A DNA stretch of 64,000 bases from Octopus sinensis. Its lineage: Eukaryota. Of this stretch, positions 12,484 to 24,259 are shown piece after piece. The stretch's first letter is position 1. The number at the start of each line of letters is the position of its first letter. The position numbers and the translations under genes were made by a program. The notes below the pieces were generated by a model. The model was not told where the DNA came from. It ran no database searches and saw nothing but the letters and a program-made list of their open reading frames with translations. The DNA lies in the NCBI RefSeq assembly GCF_006345805.1, contig NC_043002.1:75082001-75146000 (forward strand), in the 5' to 3' direction.

Positions 12484-15168
12484 GTATGTCTTCCCCAAAC
12501 CTGTCCATTTTGTGTTATCTTTCTCAGGGGTGGGTGGACAAGTAAAGGGTATGCTTTATTTTGTTTCCTACATTTGTTATTATTATTATTTTATTATTAT
12601 TATTATTATTTTTATTATTACAAATGTGTTTGTCTTTTTTCTTATTACATTCAAGGCTAAAATTGCCAGAGAGGGGTGGTGGTAAGAAGAGGTGGGAGTT
12701 GGGTGGTGGTGGTGATGGTGAGGGTGGAAGCAAAAACAAAAATATATAAGGAGAAAAGAAAGGTATAAGAAAAAAATAAAGAAAAATAAAGACAAGTGTT
12801 TGTTAGAAATCCAAATTCAAGAAATTGACATAATATTGATGATATGCTATCTCCTATGATTTCGAAATCAAGATTGGAATTTGAGACAATGTCTTGTCAA
12901 AACAGGAACCACTTTCTCTGTTCGCGCTGCCATCGATGTTCGCATCAGTATTATTGGTTGATATCGAATAAATGTTTTTTTTCCTTCTTTTTCTTTTTGC
13001 CTCTCTTGTTTATTTGTTTATATATTTATTACTATTTTAACATTGCCATATTTGTTAACTACCAATTCTATCTGTGACTTTTCAAATTGTTTCTGTCTAT
13101 ATATGTTAGATGTCAGGTATCTTGATTTTTTACTGATGCTGTCACTAGTGGAAAAGGAAACCATTTTACTGTTGCTTAAATATGATTTTGTGATGAGACA
13201 ACATTCCTTTTGATCTGTCTCTTTCTATCTCCCTTTCCTTCTCTCTCTCTCTCATATTCCTTCCCCTATCTCTCAATTTTTCTTTTATTTAATAGAATTT
13301 TTCTTTTGAAAGCTGAAAGAATTTTATACATTACATTAACAACATACACTCACACACATGCCACACAAATACACACACACATGCCACACAAATACACACA
13401 CACACACTGAGCTTTATGTTATGATATGAGACACTATACTATGAACATGTCTTTTGTAGTCTCTTTATTTGATAGCCAAAGGGGGGAAAAGGGTGGGTAA
13501 ATCCCATGTCATCAAGAAGCCCATCATTCAGTTTTGTGAAATTAGAATAACTGATTTAATAAGTATGTGTGTGTGTGACACACCATTTCATCTTTGCATA
13601 AAAGTGTGTGCGTGTGTGTGTGAGACACACCATTTCATGTTTGCATGTTTGTTTCAACATTGTTTTACTCTTGTCCAAAGGATTGTATCATTCCTGGTTG
13701 TTCTAGCGTTGGTGCAAAGTTTTGAAAGTAAATGTTTTTCCATCTTTTTTTCTCAATATCTTTTTCTTTTTTCTGTTACTTTTCACCTCAGTAGTTTTTC
13801 TGTCAGTAATTGTTTCAAATTGAAATCGAAATTGAAGGTGGTATCTATTTTCATACCTGGAAAAACTGAGATGAGTAAAATAATCTGTCCTCAGTGCATG
13901 TTTCAAATGAGTACATGAGTATTTGTTGAGCCAATAACAGAGAGTTTCTTTGTAAATGAGGAATGTGCTCAACACAGCAAGCCTTCAGTCACCTTCACTC
14001 TCCGCTCACTGTCACTCTCCACTCACCATCACTGTCTCCCTTTACTCACTGTCACTCCATTCACCATCATTTTTCACTCAACATTCTATAAATGAGCTGA
14101 CTGTGTATTTCAAGATCTAAATTCTTTGGATAACTTGTCCTCCATAAAAGATGAGATGGTCATGGTTAGAAGCATCAGTTGAATGCTTTGTTTGTTTGAT
14201 TGACTACTTTGATAAAAGTGGTCTGTTCAAGTATAATCCACCATAGCTATCTAACAACAACAACAACAACAAGTGTTTTGACACTGACTTAAAGCTATGG
14301 ACTATCTGTCCAACACCTTATCCACTCAGCCATCCACACCATGTATTATTTTTATTGAATGTTTCCAGCTGTAACTTTTGTCACAGTCATAGAGAGATCC
14401 TCTTGTGTGTTTGATCAAGCTATAGGTTATGTTTTTCACTTTAATATTTCTACAGTTATATATCATATTGTCCATTTGTGCTTTCAGGTCAAAAAGATAT
14501 GATTGTACAAGAAAAAAAAATCATTTTCTCTTGGCATATATTTATGTCCCTATTTGTTGTTTTTCTTCTTTCTTTTTCCTTTTTTTTTTTTTTTTTTTAC
14601 TCTTTCTGTGTCTCTCTCTCTTGGTTGATGTAATAAATATTGTTCTATTCTGAAATTTCCCTTCTGATATCTTTGTTCTTACACATTGGTTGATATACAT
14701 GAAGCGAAGTTAAAACAATTTTCTCCTCTCAATCACTGGCATGAAAGAAATTGATTTAAATCTATTTGCAATGGTGTTCTTAGCCATTCATCATCATCAT
14801 CATCATCATCATCATTGTTGTTGCCATCATCATCACCACCATCACTTCTTGTCTTCTCCTCTGTGGTTTTATTACAGCAAATTTCTGTTGCATAAGTGAG
14901 TATACAGCTACATGTCCTTAGAGTGTGTGATAGATTTTCTTAATTAATATAATTTCTCATAAAAGTTGTTCATTATTACTGTTATTATTGTTAGCTTGAT
15001 GATTGGTGAAATAAGAAGTGTACTATAGACAAAAGTGATGTGTGGTGCTTAATTTTGTTCTTTTGCAACTAGATTTCAAATCTCTCTATGGTTGACTTTG
15101 CCTTACTTATTTTTGTGGCTGGTGAAATAGACAGCAGTCGATTACCAGAACAATTTAACTGTCTATAA

Positions 15169-15483
15169 CAGTGGTTCTCAATTGAGGTCCATATACCCCT
15201 GAGGGTCCATATAAGATTTTTGGGGGTCCACACTACAAAATAGTAACTTGGGAATCCACAATGGAATTTTAAGGGCCCCTGAAAAAAAATTTGCTATAGG
15301 GAACAGCTAGGTTTCTTTCTCAAGCATTTTACATAGTTCAACCTGCACAAGTTAATGGCTGAATAGGTATTTTGAAAGAAGCTTCTGTAAAACTAGGTTT
15401 TAGACATAGAATGGCTATGGGGGTCCCCCAGAATAAAATAGTAATCAAAGGGATCCATAGATAAAACTGGTTGAGAACCCCTG
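15169..15483. mobile_element. hAT (Charlie-like) MITE, 315 bp
   Basis: TIRs CAGTGGTTCTCAA (15169-15181) and TTGAGAACCCCTG (15471-15483), 12/13 match; perfect 8-bp TSD GTCTATAA at 15161-15168 and 15484-15491. Confidence 0.93.
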
Positions 15484-15902
15484 GTCTATAACCTCTTCTA
15501 AATTATATAATATTATATCCATTTTAGACAATATTAAATATTGAATATATTGATGGTATGTGTACTAACAATTATGATGATGATGGTTGCCTACATTGGT
15601 ACTAAGCCTCAAAGTAGATGATGAGAGCATGTAACTGACTATATTGTATCAATAATGTATACCTGGTCCTTATTTTACCTACCTTGTAGGAATGCCACCC
15701 AACATCAGTCTAGAGCATTTTCCATCCTTGGAAAAACAACTTGTTGATTCTATTGGAGCGGTGTTTATGATATTTTTACTGACCTCTGTGCTTAATAGAT
15801 CAAGTTGTGATGAAAGCAACAATCACCTTCATAAAAAAAAATAAAGATGCTGTTTTTTGTTTGTGTGTGTGTGTGTGTGTGTGTGTACGTATATATATAT
15901 GT

Positions 15903-15952
<50 letters not shown>

Positions 15953-16540
15953 CACTGAAAGGAAGGTGGAGTGAGAAAGCCAGAATTATTTTGCTGTAAA
16001 TAGAAAGCACTTGAAACAATCCTATTTACTAAACAGAACCCTCTAATGGTATTACTTCAGACTAAAATTAGACTATTACGCGTTCATAATAATATAAATT
16101 AGCAACGGTTGGTGATTTTGGGGGTTTTATTTCTTAATTTTTATACTTTTTATTGTTTGTAACACCAGTTCTACATATAAAGCTTTTTTTTTTCATTTTG
16201 GTATGTTTTGTGTTGTTTTATGTTGCATGGTGGTGGTGGTGGTAGTGGAATAGGAGATAAAAAAAAGCAAAACAAACAAATATTTAGAAAAATAAAAGAA
16301 GACCCCAAACAAACAAGAAAATCACTTAAATAAGGCGTCTGATTCAAAATAAAAGTCTGAGTATGTTTTAATCGTTGCTAATAGCAACTCTAGAAAATCA
16401 CTAACACATCCTATAATCTCTTTGTATTTTCTACTTCTAGTGTTGATAATTGAATGAATGGAATTAAGACTAACTAGAAAAATGGTACCAAAATTGATGA
16501 CTATAAATGATCTTTTCTCTGTCTGGCTCCCCCACCACTC

Positions 16541-16556
16541 TGTGTGTGTAGATGCT

Positions 16557-16595
<39 letters not shown>

Positions 16596-16630
16596 AGATG
16601 CTGGTGTGTGTGTGTGTGTGTGTAGATGCT

Positions 16631-16670
<40 letters not shown>
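16541..16670. repeat. Compound minisatellite: AGATGCTG + (GT)n, 3 units
   Basis: agatgctg at 16550, 16596 and 16624, each followed by a variable (GT)n. Confidence 0.9.
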
Positions 16671-16671
<1 letters not shown>

Positions 16672-17097
16672 AGAAATCTTATTTAAAGCATTGAACTTGT
16701 TTGAGTTGCTTGGGATAAATGACCTTTCTCACTGACATTGATGGTGTTAATAAAGTGGTTTCAGGAGTCTATTTCTTAACCCACCAGTCATCACTGAATG
16801 TATATGTGTTTATATTTGAATCCTGTGAAAACAGTTCATAAAATAAATAAATAGTAGAGAGTCTGAATCCAGTCTTTTATTATTTTTATTTTATTTTATT
16901 TATTTTTTTATTTTTTATATTTATCACACAATAAAACAATCAAATCTTGCTAGAATTATTTTTAAAAACCTGGTTTAAAAATATTTCACACAGACTATCT
17001 TTGCTGTCTTCATTGAATCAGTTTGTTACTATAAATGAAACACTATTTATTGAAAAGTGGTTTGGAGGGAGAAAGTTTAGTAAATACAAAATAAGTA

Positions 17098-17253
17098 TAA
17101 GCATGGCTGTGTGGTTAAGAAGTTTCCTTCACAATTACATGGTTTCCCGGTTCAGTCCCACTGTATGACACCTTAGGCAAGTGTTTTCTGTGGCCCTGGA
17201 CCAACAAACACCTTATGCATGAATTTGTTTGACAGAATCTGTATAAGGACTAT

Positions 17254-17255
<2 letters not shown>
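17098..17255 (+). mobile_element. SINE family A 5' fragment
   Basis: tggctgtgtggttaagaag...ggttcagtcccactg...caccttaggcaagtg. Confidence 0.75.
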
Positions 17256-17286
<31 letters not shown>

Positions 17287-17309
17287 CTGTGTGCATGTTT
17301 GCAGTCTGG

Positions 17310-17708
17310 ACTTTTGATGGAAATGTGATGATGGATTGGTTTACAGCCAGATGCCCTTCCCATTGCTAACTCTGACCCATTTTTCAAATAAGGTTTATCT
17401 TTTTCTGCACATCTTTGAAGGCTCAAAGTCAATGGCAACAAACTGACAGAAGAAATGACAGCTATTTCACTGCCAATAACTGAGCAATTTTCGGACATGT
17501 GCTAATGTAAGCACACACCCACACACAGCAAATATTTACTCTGTGTGTGTGTATGGTGAACTTGCACATTCTACCTACCATATTTTTGCACAAGGTTTTG
17601 ATCAGCCTAGAGCTGTAGAAGACACTTGTGTAAGGTATTGTTCTGTTGAAGTGAAACCAAACCCATGTGGTTGAAAAGTAAACTTTGTAAGTACACTGCT
17701 GTCTGTGA
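17310..17708 (-). mobile_element. SINE family A' degenerate copy, inverted relative to 17098-17255
   Basis: cacaaggttttgatcagcctagagctgtagaagacacttg head region; tail tttacagccagatgcccttcccattgctaac. Confidence 0.65.
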
Positions 17709-17738
17709 CCCTGTGTTTGTGTGTATACATACACACAA

Positions 17739-17779
<41 letters not shown>

Positions 17780-19127
17780 TATACAAGTAATCATATTCAC
17801 TCAGTATTAAGTCAAGCACACTTGATTACAAACAGAATACTCATAGATAGATGCCATTCACACTTATGGCATGGACTCTAGTGGAATTGGTGTGGGCAAT
17901 TATCCAATCTCTTCAACCTACTGCCATCTTCGTCACCTACCTCTGAAATTAGACTGTTGGAGAACCTACTTATTTTATTACTAGCCAGTCAATTGTGTTT
18001 TTGATTCCACTATTAATTGGTCAGTTATCGAGTGTCCACCTATTACTAATATTTTCATTATGTATTCTCTCTTTACTGAGATTGATTGGGATATCGAAGT
18101 CCAGCACATTTACAGAACAAAGAGATAAAGGTAGTTAGGTGTTTTTATTTATTCCTTTATTAGTTATTATTTTTTTTTTAACATTAAAGATAAATCCAAA
18201 TTTCTTGAACTGACTGGCCGCTAATGTCTTCCAGTCTTTGACTGATTGTCTTAGTGGTAATGTTTTATTGATTGATGCTTTATTATTCTTTCCTCCAGCC
18301 ATTCCTACTCCCCTCACTGAAACTGGTTTCAGCTAAAAAGATATGGAGAGGATATTTCAATGTTCTGCTCTCTCTCTCTCATTTACACAATGTTTGACAT
18401 TTGACACTGATAACTCAAGAGGGCAATTTGGTCTTTCCTGTTCTAATGTGTCTTTTGGAAATTTTTCTTTCTTTTCCTTTTTTTTTTTTCCTTTTTGCAA
18501 TGCTAATAATTAATGGCAGCCATAATAGATCATCATCATCATCCATTAGGAAGTTTGATGGAATGTTAGAGAAACTAATTTTTTTTTTTTATGTTTCTGT
18601 ATTTGGTTTGCAAAATTCTTGATATGATCTCCTGTGTCGAAACATGTTGCTGTATCTCAGGAGGATCATTATGCCAATAATAAACACATGGACTGGTTCT
18701 ATTTCACTTCTTTTATTATCATTAGTCTACTAGTTAACCATTTAACCAGTTAATTGATTATTTGATTGATCATTCAGTTCATTCACTCAGCCTGGTTTGT
18801 CAAAGTCCTTTCATTGCCTTTCACAGCCTTATCAATAACATTCCCTCTCTTCTCCAGGTCCTCTTGAAGTCTGTCTATCTGTCATTATAGACATAATGAC
18901 TCTCTTGATGTTTATTGAATTACAGTGTGTCAAAGGCAAGAGTTTTCACAAAGCCCATTCTATATGATAATTGAGTTAGTGATAGGGCTTACTTATTATA
19001 ATAAGTTAGTGAAAGGTGATAACTTATTTAGAGCATCCCACTCCCTCATGGCATTTTCTCTCCTATCGAAATTTTGTTTATTTTCATTTTACATTTAGTT
19101 GTTTTTATTTATCTCCTCCTCTACCAA

Positions 19128-19265
19128 AGGCATTTGGCTAAATGGTTAAAATGTTTGGTTCACAAGCCTAATGTCTTGGGTTCAATTCCTAGACTGGGCA
19201 GTGTGTTGTATTCTTGAGCAAGGCATTTCATTTCACATTGCTCCGATCTACTGAATTGAAAATGA
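19128..19265 (+). mobile_element. SINE family C 5' fragment
   Basis: tggctaaatggttaaaa...gggttcaattcc...cttgagcaaggcatttcatttcacattgctcc; matches 53084-53378. Confidence 0.65.
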
Positions 19266-19333
19266 ATGCCATCCAAGTTCTGGTGCATCTTTGTCTGTCT
19301 GTCTGTCTCCCTCGCCTCTCTGTCATATACGGG

Positions 19334-19758
19334 ATGTTTTTTTTCCTTTCCTTCCCCTTATTCCATTTTCTGTCAATGATGTATTGGCATTGAACCAAGC
19401 CATATCTAAATTTCTCTGACAGGCCCTATTACACTGCTATTTAAAGCAAAAGCCCAATGTCCTTTATTTATTTATTTGTTTGTTTGTATATTTTTTTAAT
19501 CTGTTTTATAAGATGCATTTTTGTTTCAGGATATTTTAGGAGTCTTCATAAATATATAGTCATGTGTCTCATTTGTTTGTTGTTGTTTATGTTAGGTTAA
19601 CTCTGATTGAGTAACTTATTATCCATTTGTGACCATCCCTCCTATTTTGTGTGTGTGTGTCAGGCATAGTGTCGCTTGAACTGTGCATATTGCTTTCAAA
19701 CTTTGGCACAAGGCCAGCAGTTTTGGGATTGGAGATAAATTGATTACATTGACCCCAG
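19334..19758 (+). repeat. About 425-bp direct duplication, copy 1
   Basis: Nearly identical to 21462-21896, from atgtttttt...ccttccccttattcc to acattgaccccag. Confidence 0.93.
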
Positions 19759-20787
19759 AGGTGGAGAAAGTCCTGAGAGTATCTGTATCTGCTCATGGCT
19801 ATATAGGCATCTAAAGCAATTAGCCAGAGTTTGGTATATGTTACCAATTCATACTTGTTTGTGGGTGACAGCTTGCTCTCAGTACCCAACTTTTCCACCA
19901 GTTTGTAATTTACAGGGTGGGTAAGGTAAAATCGTACTTGGGTAAGGTAAAAAACGTACTTGTATGTCATTGTTTATCTAATAGAGGTGAGTGAAGCTGT
20001 CCATCTCAGCAATGTACTGCCCTCAGTGTTATAAAAAATTTGTGTGGTGAATCAGATTTTATGAACATCATTAGCCAAAGGATAGATTGATAATTTATTT
20101 TGCTCTGAAGTGAGACTCTAATGGTTATTAGAACCTTTGATTTTTACCGTTGTCATCTTCATTGTCATCGTTGTCATTATCCTTGTCTTCTTTATCATCA
20201 TCATCATAATCTTACCCTACTAGCACTACAACACCATAAACTGTAACTACCATCATTGTCACCACCACCACTGCCAACATCACCCTCATCCTCATCACCA
20301 TTACTGCCTTCATCACTACAACCATCATCATCATTACAATATTATCATGATCTCAGCCACAATCATTGTTACCACAGTCATCATCATCATCATCATCAGT
20401 GTTGCCATTTATATATATCTGTCATAATCATTTTAATAATCATTGTCACATCTAGAATTATCTTCAGTTTAAGTGAGATAATCTGCAGCCATGGATTGGA
20501 GGAAGAAAAAAAAATAAATAAATAAAAAGAAGACCTGTTTTTAGAAGATGGTAGTCTCATTAATGAGAGATGATGTTTTATATCTTGGAGATTTTTACAG
20601 AGTTGACATTAGGAATGGCACCATGAAAAAATAATAAATAAACAAATCATTGTAATTACCATCATTGCCACCATTCTCCACTGTCCATTTTTTCCCCTTC
20701 TGTTTTCATGTTGTTTTGTCATTTTTAGATGAATATTTCATAGTTTAAGCATTAGTACCGGCTGAGATAACTTCTCTCCCCTCTCTT

Positions 20788-20842
<55 letters not shown>

Positions 20843-21251
20843 CCTCAACTGAATAGCTACTGTTTGAAAGAAACTCTAGCTACTTTCTTATTCATTGTTT
20901 GTCATGAAGCCAAGTGAAAGAGAAAAACAAGGAAAAGGATGATAAAATAAAGGAATGAATAATGATAGACAAAAAAAAAACAAGACAAACAAAACTAAAT
21001 AAATTTAATAATCAAAGCCCTAAATCTCTAACTGAAGGAGTAAAAGAAATAGATTGCAAACTGAATTGCTAATGTTGCAACTATTGTGATTGCCTCTGGA
21101 AAATAATGCAAGTGTTATTGAAGGATTTTCTGTTTTTTTCCCTGTTTTTTAACTACCCTCCTCTTAAATTTCCAAGTTGGTAAAAAAAAAAAAGAAAATG
21201 AAATGGAAAACATATAATAAAAATGAAATGAAAATTATAGAAAAAAATGAA

Positions 21252-21253
<2 letters not shown>

Positions 21254-21331
<78 letters not shown>
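21254..21331. repeat. Long (TA)n microsatellite (one of many: also about 15888-15950, 44246-44338, 51586-51636, 54653-54695, 55642-55683)
   Basis: Direct reading. Confidence 0.95.
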
Positions 21332-21333
<2 letters not shown>

Positions 21334-21430
21334 GAAAATGAAGAGACTGCCTGAGGATTTTTCAAACAGTTACTCAGACATTTGGCTCTAAATCAAGTAT
21401 CCAGTGTCCTTCCTATCTCATTTCTTTCAG

Positions 21431-21447
21431 ATAATGGTACAATGATG
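21431..21447 (+). other. Candidate 17-nt microexon
   Basis: tccttcctatctcatttctttcag|ATAATGGTACAATGATG|gtaaat; strong pyrimidine tract, only the phase-1 frame (xNGTMM) is open. Confidence 0.15.
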
Positions 21448-21461
21448 GTAAATCATATCGA

Positions 21462-21896
21462 ATGTTTTTTTTTTTCCTTTCCTTCCCCTTATTCCATTTT
21501 CTGTCAATGATGTATTGGCATTGAACCAAGCCATACCTAAATTTCTCTGACAGGCCCTATTACACTGCTATTTAAAACAAAAGCCCTATGTCCTTTATTT
21601 ATTTGTTTGTTTGTTTGTATATTTTTAAATCTGTTTTATAAGATGCATTTTTGTTTCAAGATATTTTAGGGGTCTTCATAAATATATAGTCATGTGCCTT
21701 GTTTGTTTGTTGTTGTTTATGTTAGGTTAACTCTGATTGGGTAAACTTATCAACAGTATTCCATTTGTGACCATCCCTCCTTTTTTGTGTATGTGTGTCA
21801 GGCATAGTGTCGCTTGAACTGTGCATATTGCTTTAAGAGTTTGGCACAAGGCCAGCAGTTTTGGGATCAGAGATAAGTTGGTTACATTGACCCCAG
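21462..21896 (+). repeat. About 435-bp direct duplication, copy 2
   Basis: Nearly identical to 19334-19758; here the terminal SINE sequence continues beyond the duplication end. Confidence 0.93.
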
Positions 21897-22318
21897 TGTT
21901 TAACTGGTACAGGTTGTCGTTGACTTACGACCTATCCAACTTACAACCAATTGACTTTTTGATAATTGCCACGACAGCTCCCAACAGCAAGACACCTGCT
22001 TGAGACTGCAAAATTTTTGACTAATGCCAGCAAAATAGTATAATACAGCATGCTGTGTGTAACTTTTACCTGAGAATGTACTTTAAGAATGTAAAAATGT
22101 AAAACAAAACTATGTAGGCCTATAGGCTGACTTACGACCAGTCATAAGTCGATGATGACCTGTACTTATTGATGACCTGTACTTATTTTTATCGACCCTA
22201 AAAGAATGAAAGGCGAAGTTGACTTCGGCAATATTTGAACTCAGACTCTAAAGATGGACAAAATGCTGCTAAGTATTTTGCCTGACATGCTAACGATTCT
22301 GCCAACTTTCTTCCTTAT
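21838..22318 (-). mobile_element. SINE family B interrupted by a MITE
   Basis: ggcacaaggccagcag...gaccccagtgtttaactggTA[MITE]cttatt...atcgaccc...gaatgaaaggcgaagttgac...gctaacgattctgcca; reverse complement of 37878-38108. Confidence 0.85.
21910..22162. mobile_element. pogo/Tigger-like (Tc1/mariner superfamily) MITE, 253 bp
   Basis: TIRs CAGGTTGTCGTTGACTTACGAC and reverse complement CAGGTCATCATCGACTTATGAC (17/22); TA TSD at 21908-21909 and 22163-22164; removing it restores SINE sequence ctggTActtatt. Confidence 0.88.
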
Positions 22319-22990
22319 ATCTCTAGAACTATACTATCCAGTGTGTATTTCTCTTTCTTAAAAGAGTAGAGTGCTATGTCTAACAAGTTGGTCAACCTTA
22401 TTGTTGATGGTGCAAAAACCAGGAGGCTTTTTGCTGGTCCTAGTTACAAGCAGCCTTATACTTTGTTCAAAATGAAAATAATTTGTCTTAGTCTCAATGT
22501 AGTGTGTTTTAGAAAAAAATTTGGTTCCGAACATGTGTCACAGATTTAATTGTCCAGGAACTTAGCAAACTCAACTGATCAGCATAAAGTCAGGCACAGA
22601 CACATTCCAGCACTGTCCTACTGGTATACTATTCTCCCCACTTCTCTCTTTTTCTTACTGTAATGGCCTTCAAGAACTGGAGTTGGCTGCATTCAAGCCA
22701 TCTTTAATCAGGCATTCCCAACCCATCTGGGATTAGTCTTTTCTCTTTGCATCATTTTTTTGTGTCCCACACTCACCCCACTAATCACTACACTCAATCT
22801 CAGAGTTCTTCCCCAGATCTTTGGTTATCTAGAGTCCTCTCTCAGCTCATGTCTTTCTTGTTGGTGTTGGCTCAGGAAGAAAAACGCTAATAGAATCAAT
22901 CTTACTGATCTAGAAGTGCCTACAATGACCATAGCCACTGCCCCTTCATCCAGACCCAGAAGGTTAAAAAGGAAAAAATAAATAAAGTAC

Positions 22991-23385
22991 TTACTCTTTT
23001 ATTTGTTTCAGTCATTTGACTGTGGCCATGTTGGAGCACTGCCTTTAGTCGAGCAATTTGACCCCAGGACTTATTTTTAGTGCTTATTCTATCAGTCTCT
23101 TTTACCAAACTGCTAAATTACAGGGGCGTAAGCACACCAACGTTGGTTGTTAAGCGATGTTGGGGTGACAAACAGATATACAAACATATAAACACACATA
23201 CATATACATATTTATACATATACGACGGGCTTCTGCTAGTTTCTGTCTACCAAATCCACTCACAAGGCTTTGGTCGGCCCGAAGCTATAGCAGAAGACAC
23301 TTGCCCAAGGTGCCACGCAGTGGGACTGAACCCTGGACCATGTGGTTGGTAAGCAAGCTACTTACCACACAGCCTCTCCTGCACC
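22991..23385 (-). mobile_element. SINE family A, full-length young copy
   Basis: Minus strand: ggtgcaggagaggctgtgtggtaagtagcttgcttaccaaccacatggtccagggttcagtcccactgcgtggcaccttgggcaag...gactgaaacaaataaaagagtaa; CpGs retained. Confidence 0.9.
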
Positions 23386-23942
23386 TGACTACTTTGTAGC
23401 CACACTTAAAAAAAAAAAAAAAAAAAGTTTTAAAAATTCAGAATTCTTTAATTATTTTTGCGTGTGATAAACAGTGATAAATTTTGACGTTTTGTGTAGA
23501 GCCCATCTTAAAGGAAATTAGAAGTATTAGAATTAGCTACATTGCAGCAGTACCCTCAAATTTTACTGATTGTTTTTTTTTTGTTTTTGTCACAGTTATG
23601 ATTGCTGTATTGTTGACACTGGAATTAATTAGAGGGGCTGTCAGATGTGTCACCTGACACAGTTAACACTGTATTTAGTTCAGTCACAAGTCACACTGAC
23701 ATTTAACTGCCAACCATTTGACTACGAGGCTGCACTGACACATAACTAATCCCACTTTGGTTGATTGTTGAATGTATTTTGTCTGTTACAGTTAATAGCA
23801 TATTGATTTTTGCTTAATTATACACTTGGTCAACTTTGAGAAAGAGAGAGTAGATGTGTGTGTGTGTGTGTGTGTGTGTTTGTATTACCTATTAAATTAA
23901 TTGCACTGCCATATTTTTTTGATTTTTGTTATCTATCCTTAA

Positions 23943-24259
23943 CATGTTTCAGTCGATCTAATTAACCCCAGTACTTACTTTTTGAAGTCTGGTACTTATT
24001 CTATCAGTCTCTTTTGCTGAATTGGGAAGTTTTAGGGGCACAAAGAAACCAGCATTGTTATCAAGTGATGACAAATGTGCTTGCGTGCACACACACACAA
24101 CAGGCTTCCACAGTCTCCGTCTATCAAACTCACTAGCAAGGTATTGGTCAGCCCAGGGCTACAATGAAATACATGCCCAAGGTGCCAAACAGTAGGACTA
24201 ACCCTCAAATCACATAGTTACAAAGTGAGTTTCTTAATCACACAGCTATACCTGCACCT
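23943..24259 (-). mobile_element. SINE family A degenerate copy
   Basis: ctggtacttattctatcagtctcttttgctgaa...tgcccaaggtgcca...tcttaatcacacagctatacctgcacc. Confidence 0.75.

Noticed and set aside
16541-16670. Regularly spaced short repeats resembling CRISPR
   Set aside because: Eukaryotic context; 8-bp cores separated by (GT)n rather than unique spacers; no cas genes.
22818-22900. miR-9 gene
   Set aside because: Only nt 1-15 match; no complementary star arm or pre-miRNA hairpin nearby.
22760-22981. 73-aa ORF with a membrane-protein-tail look (CWCWLRKKNANRINLTDLEVPT...)
   Set aside because: Weak donor, no homology recognised, length attainable by chance.
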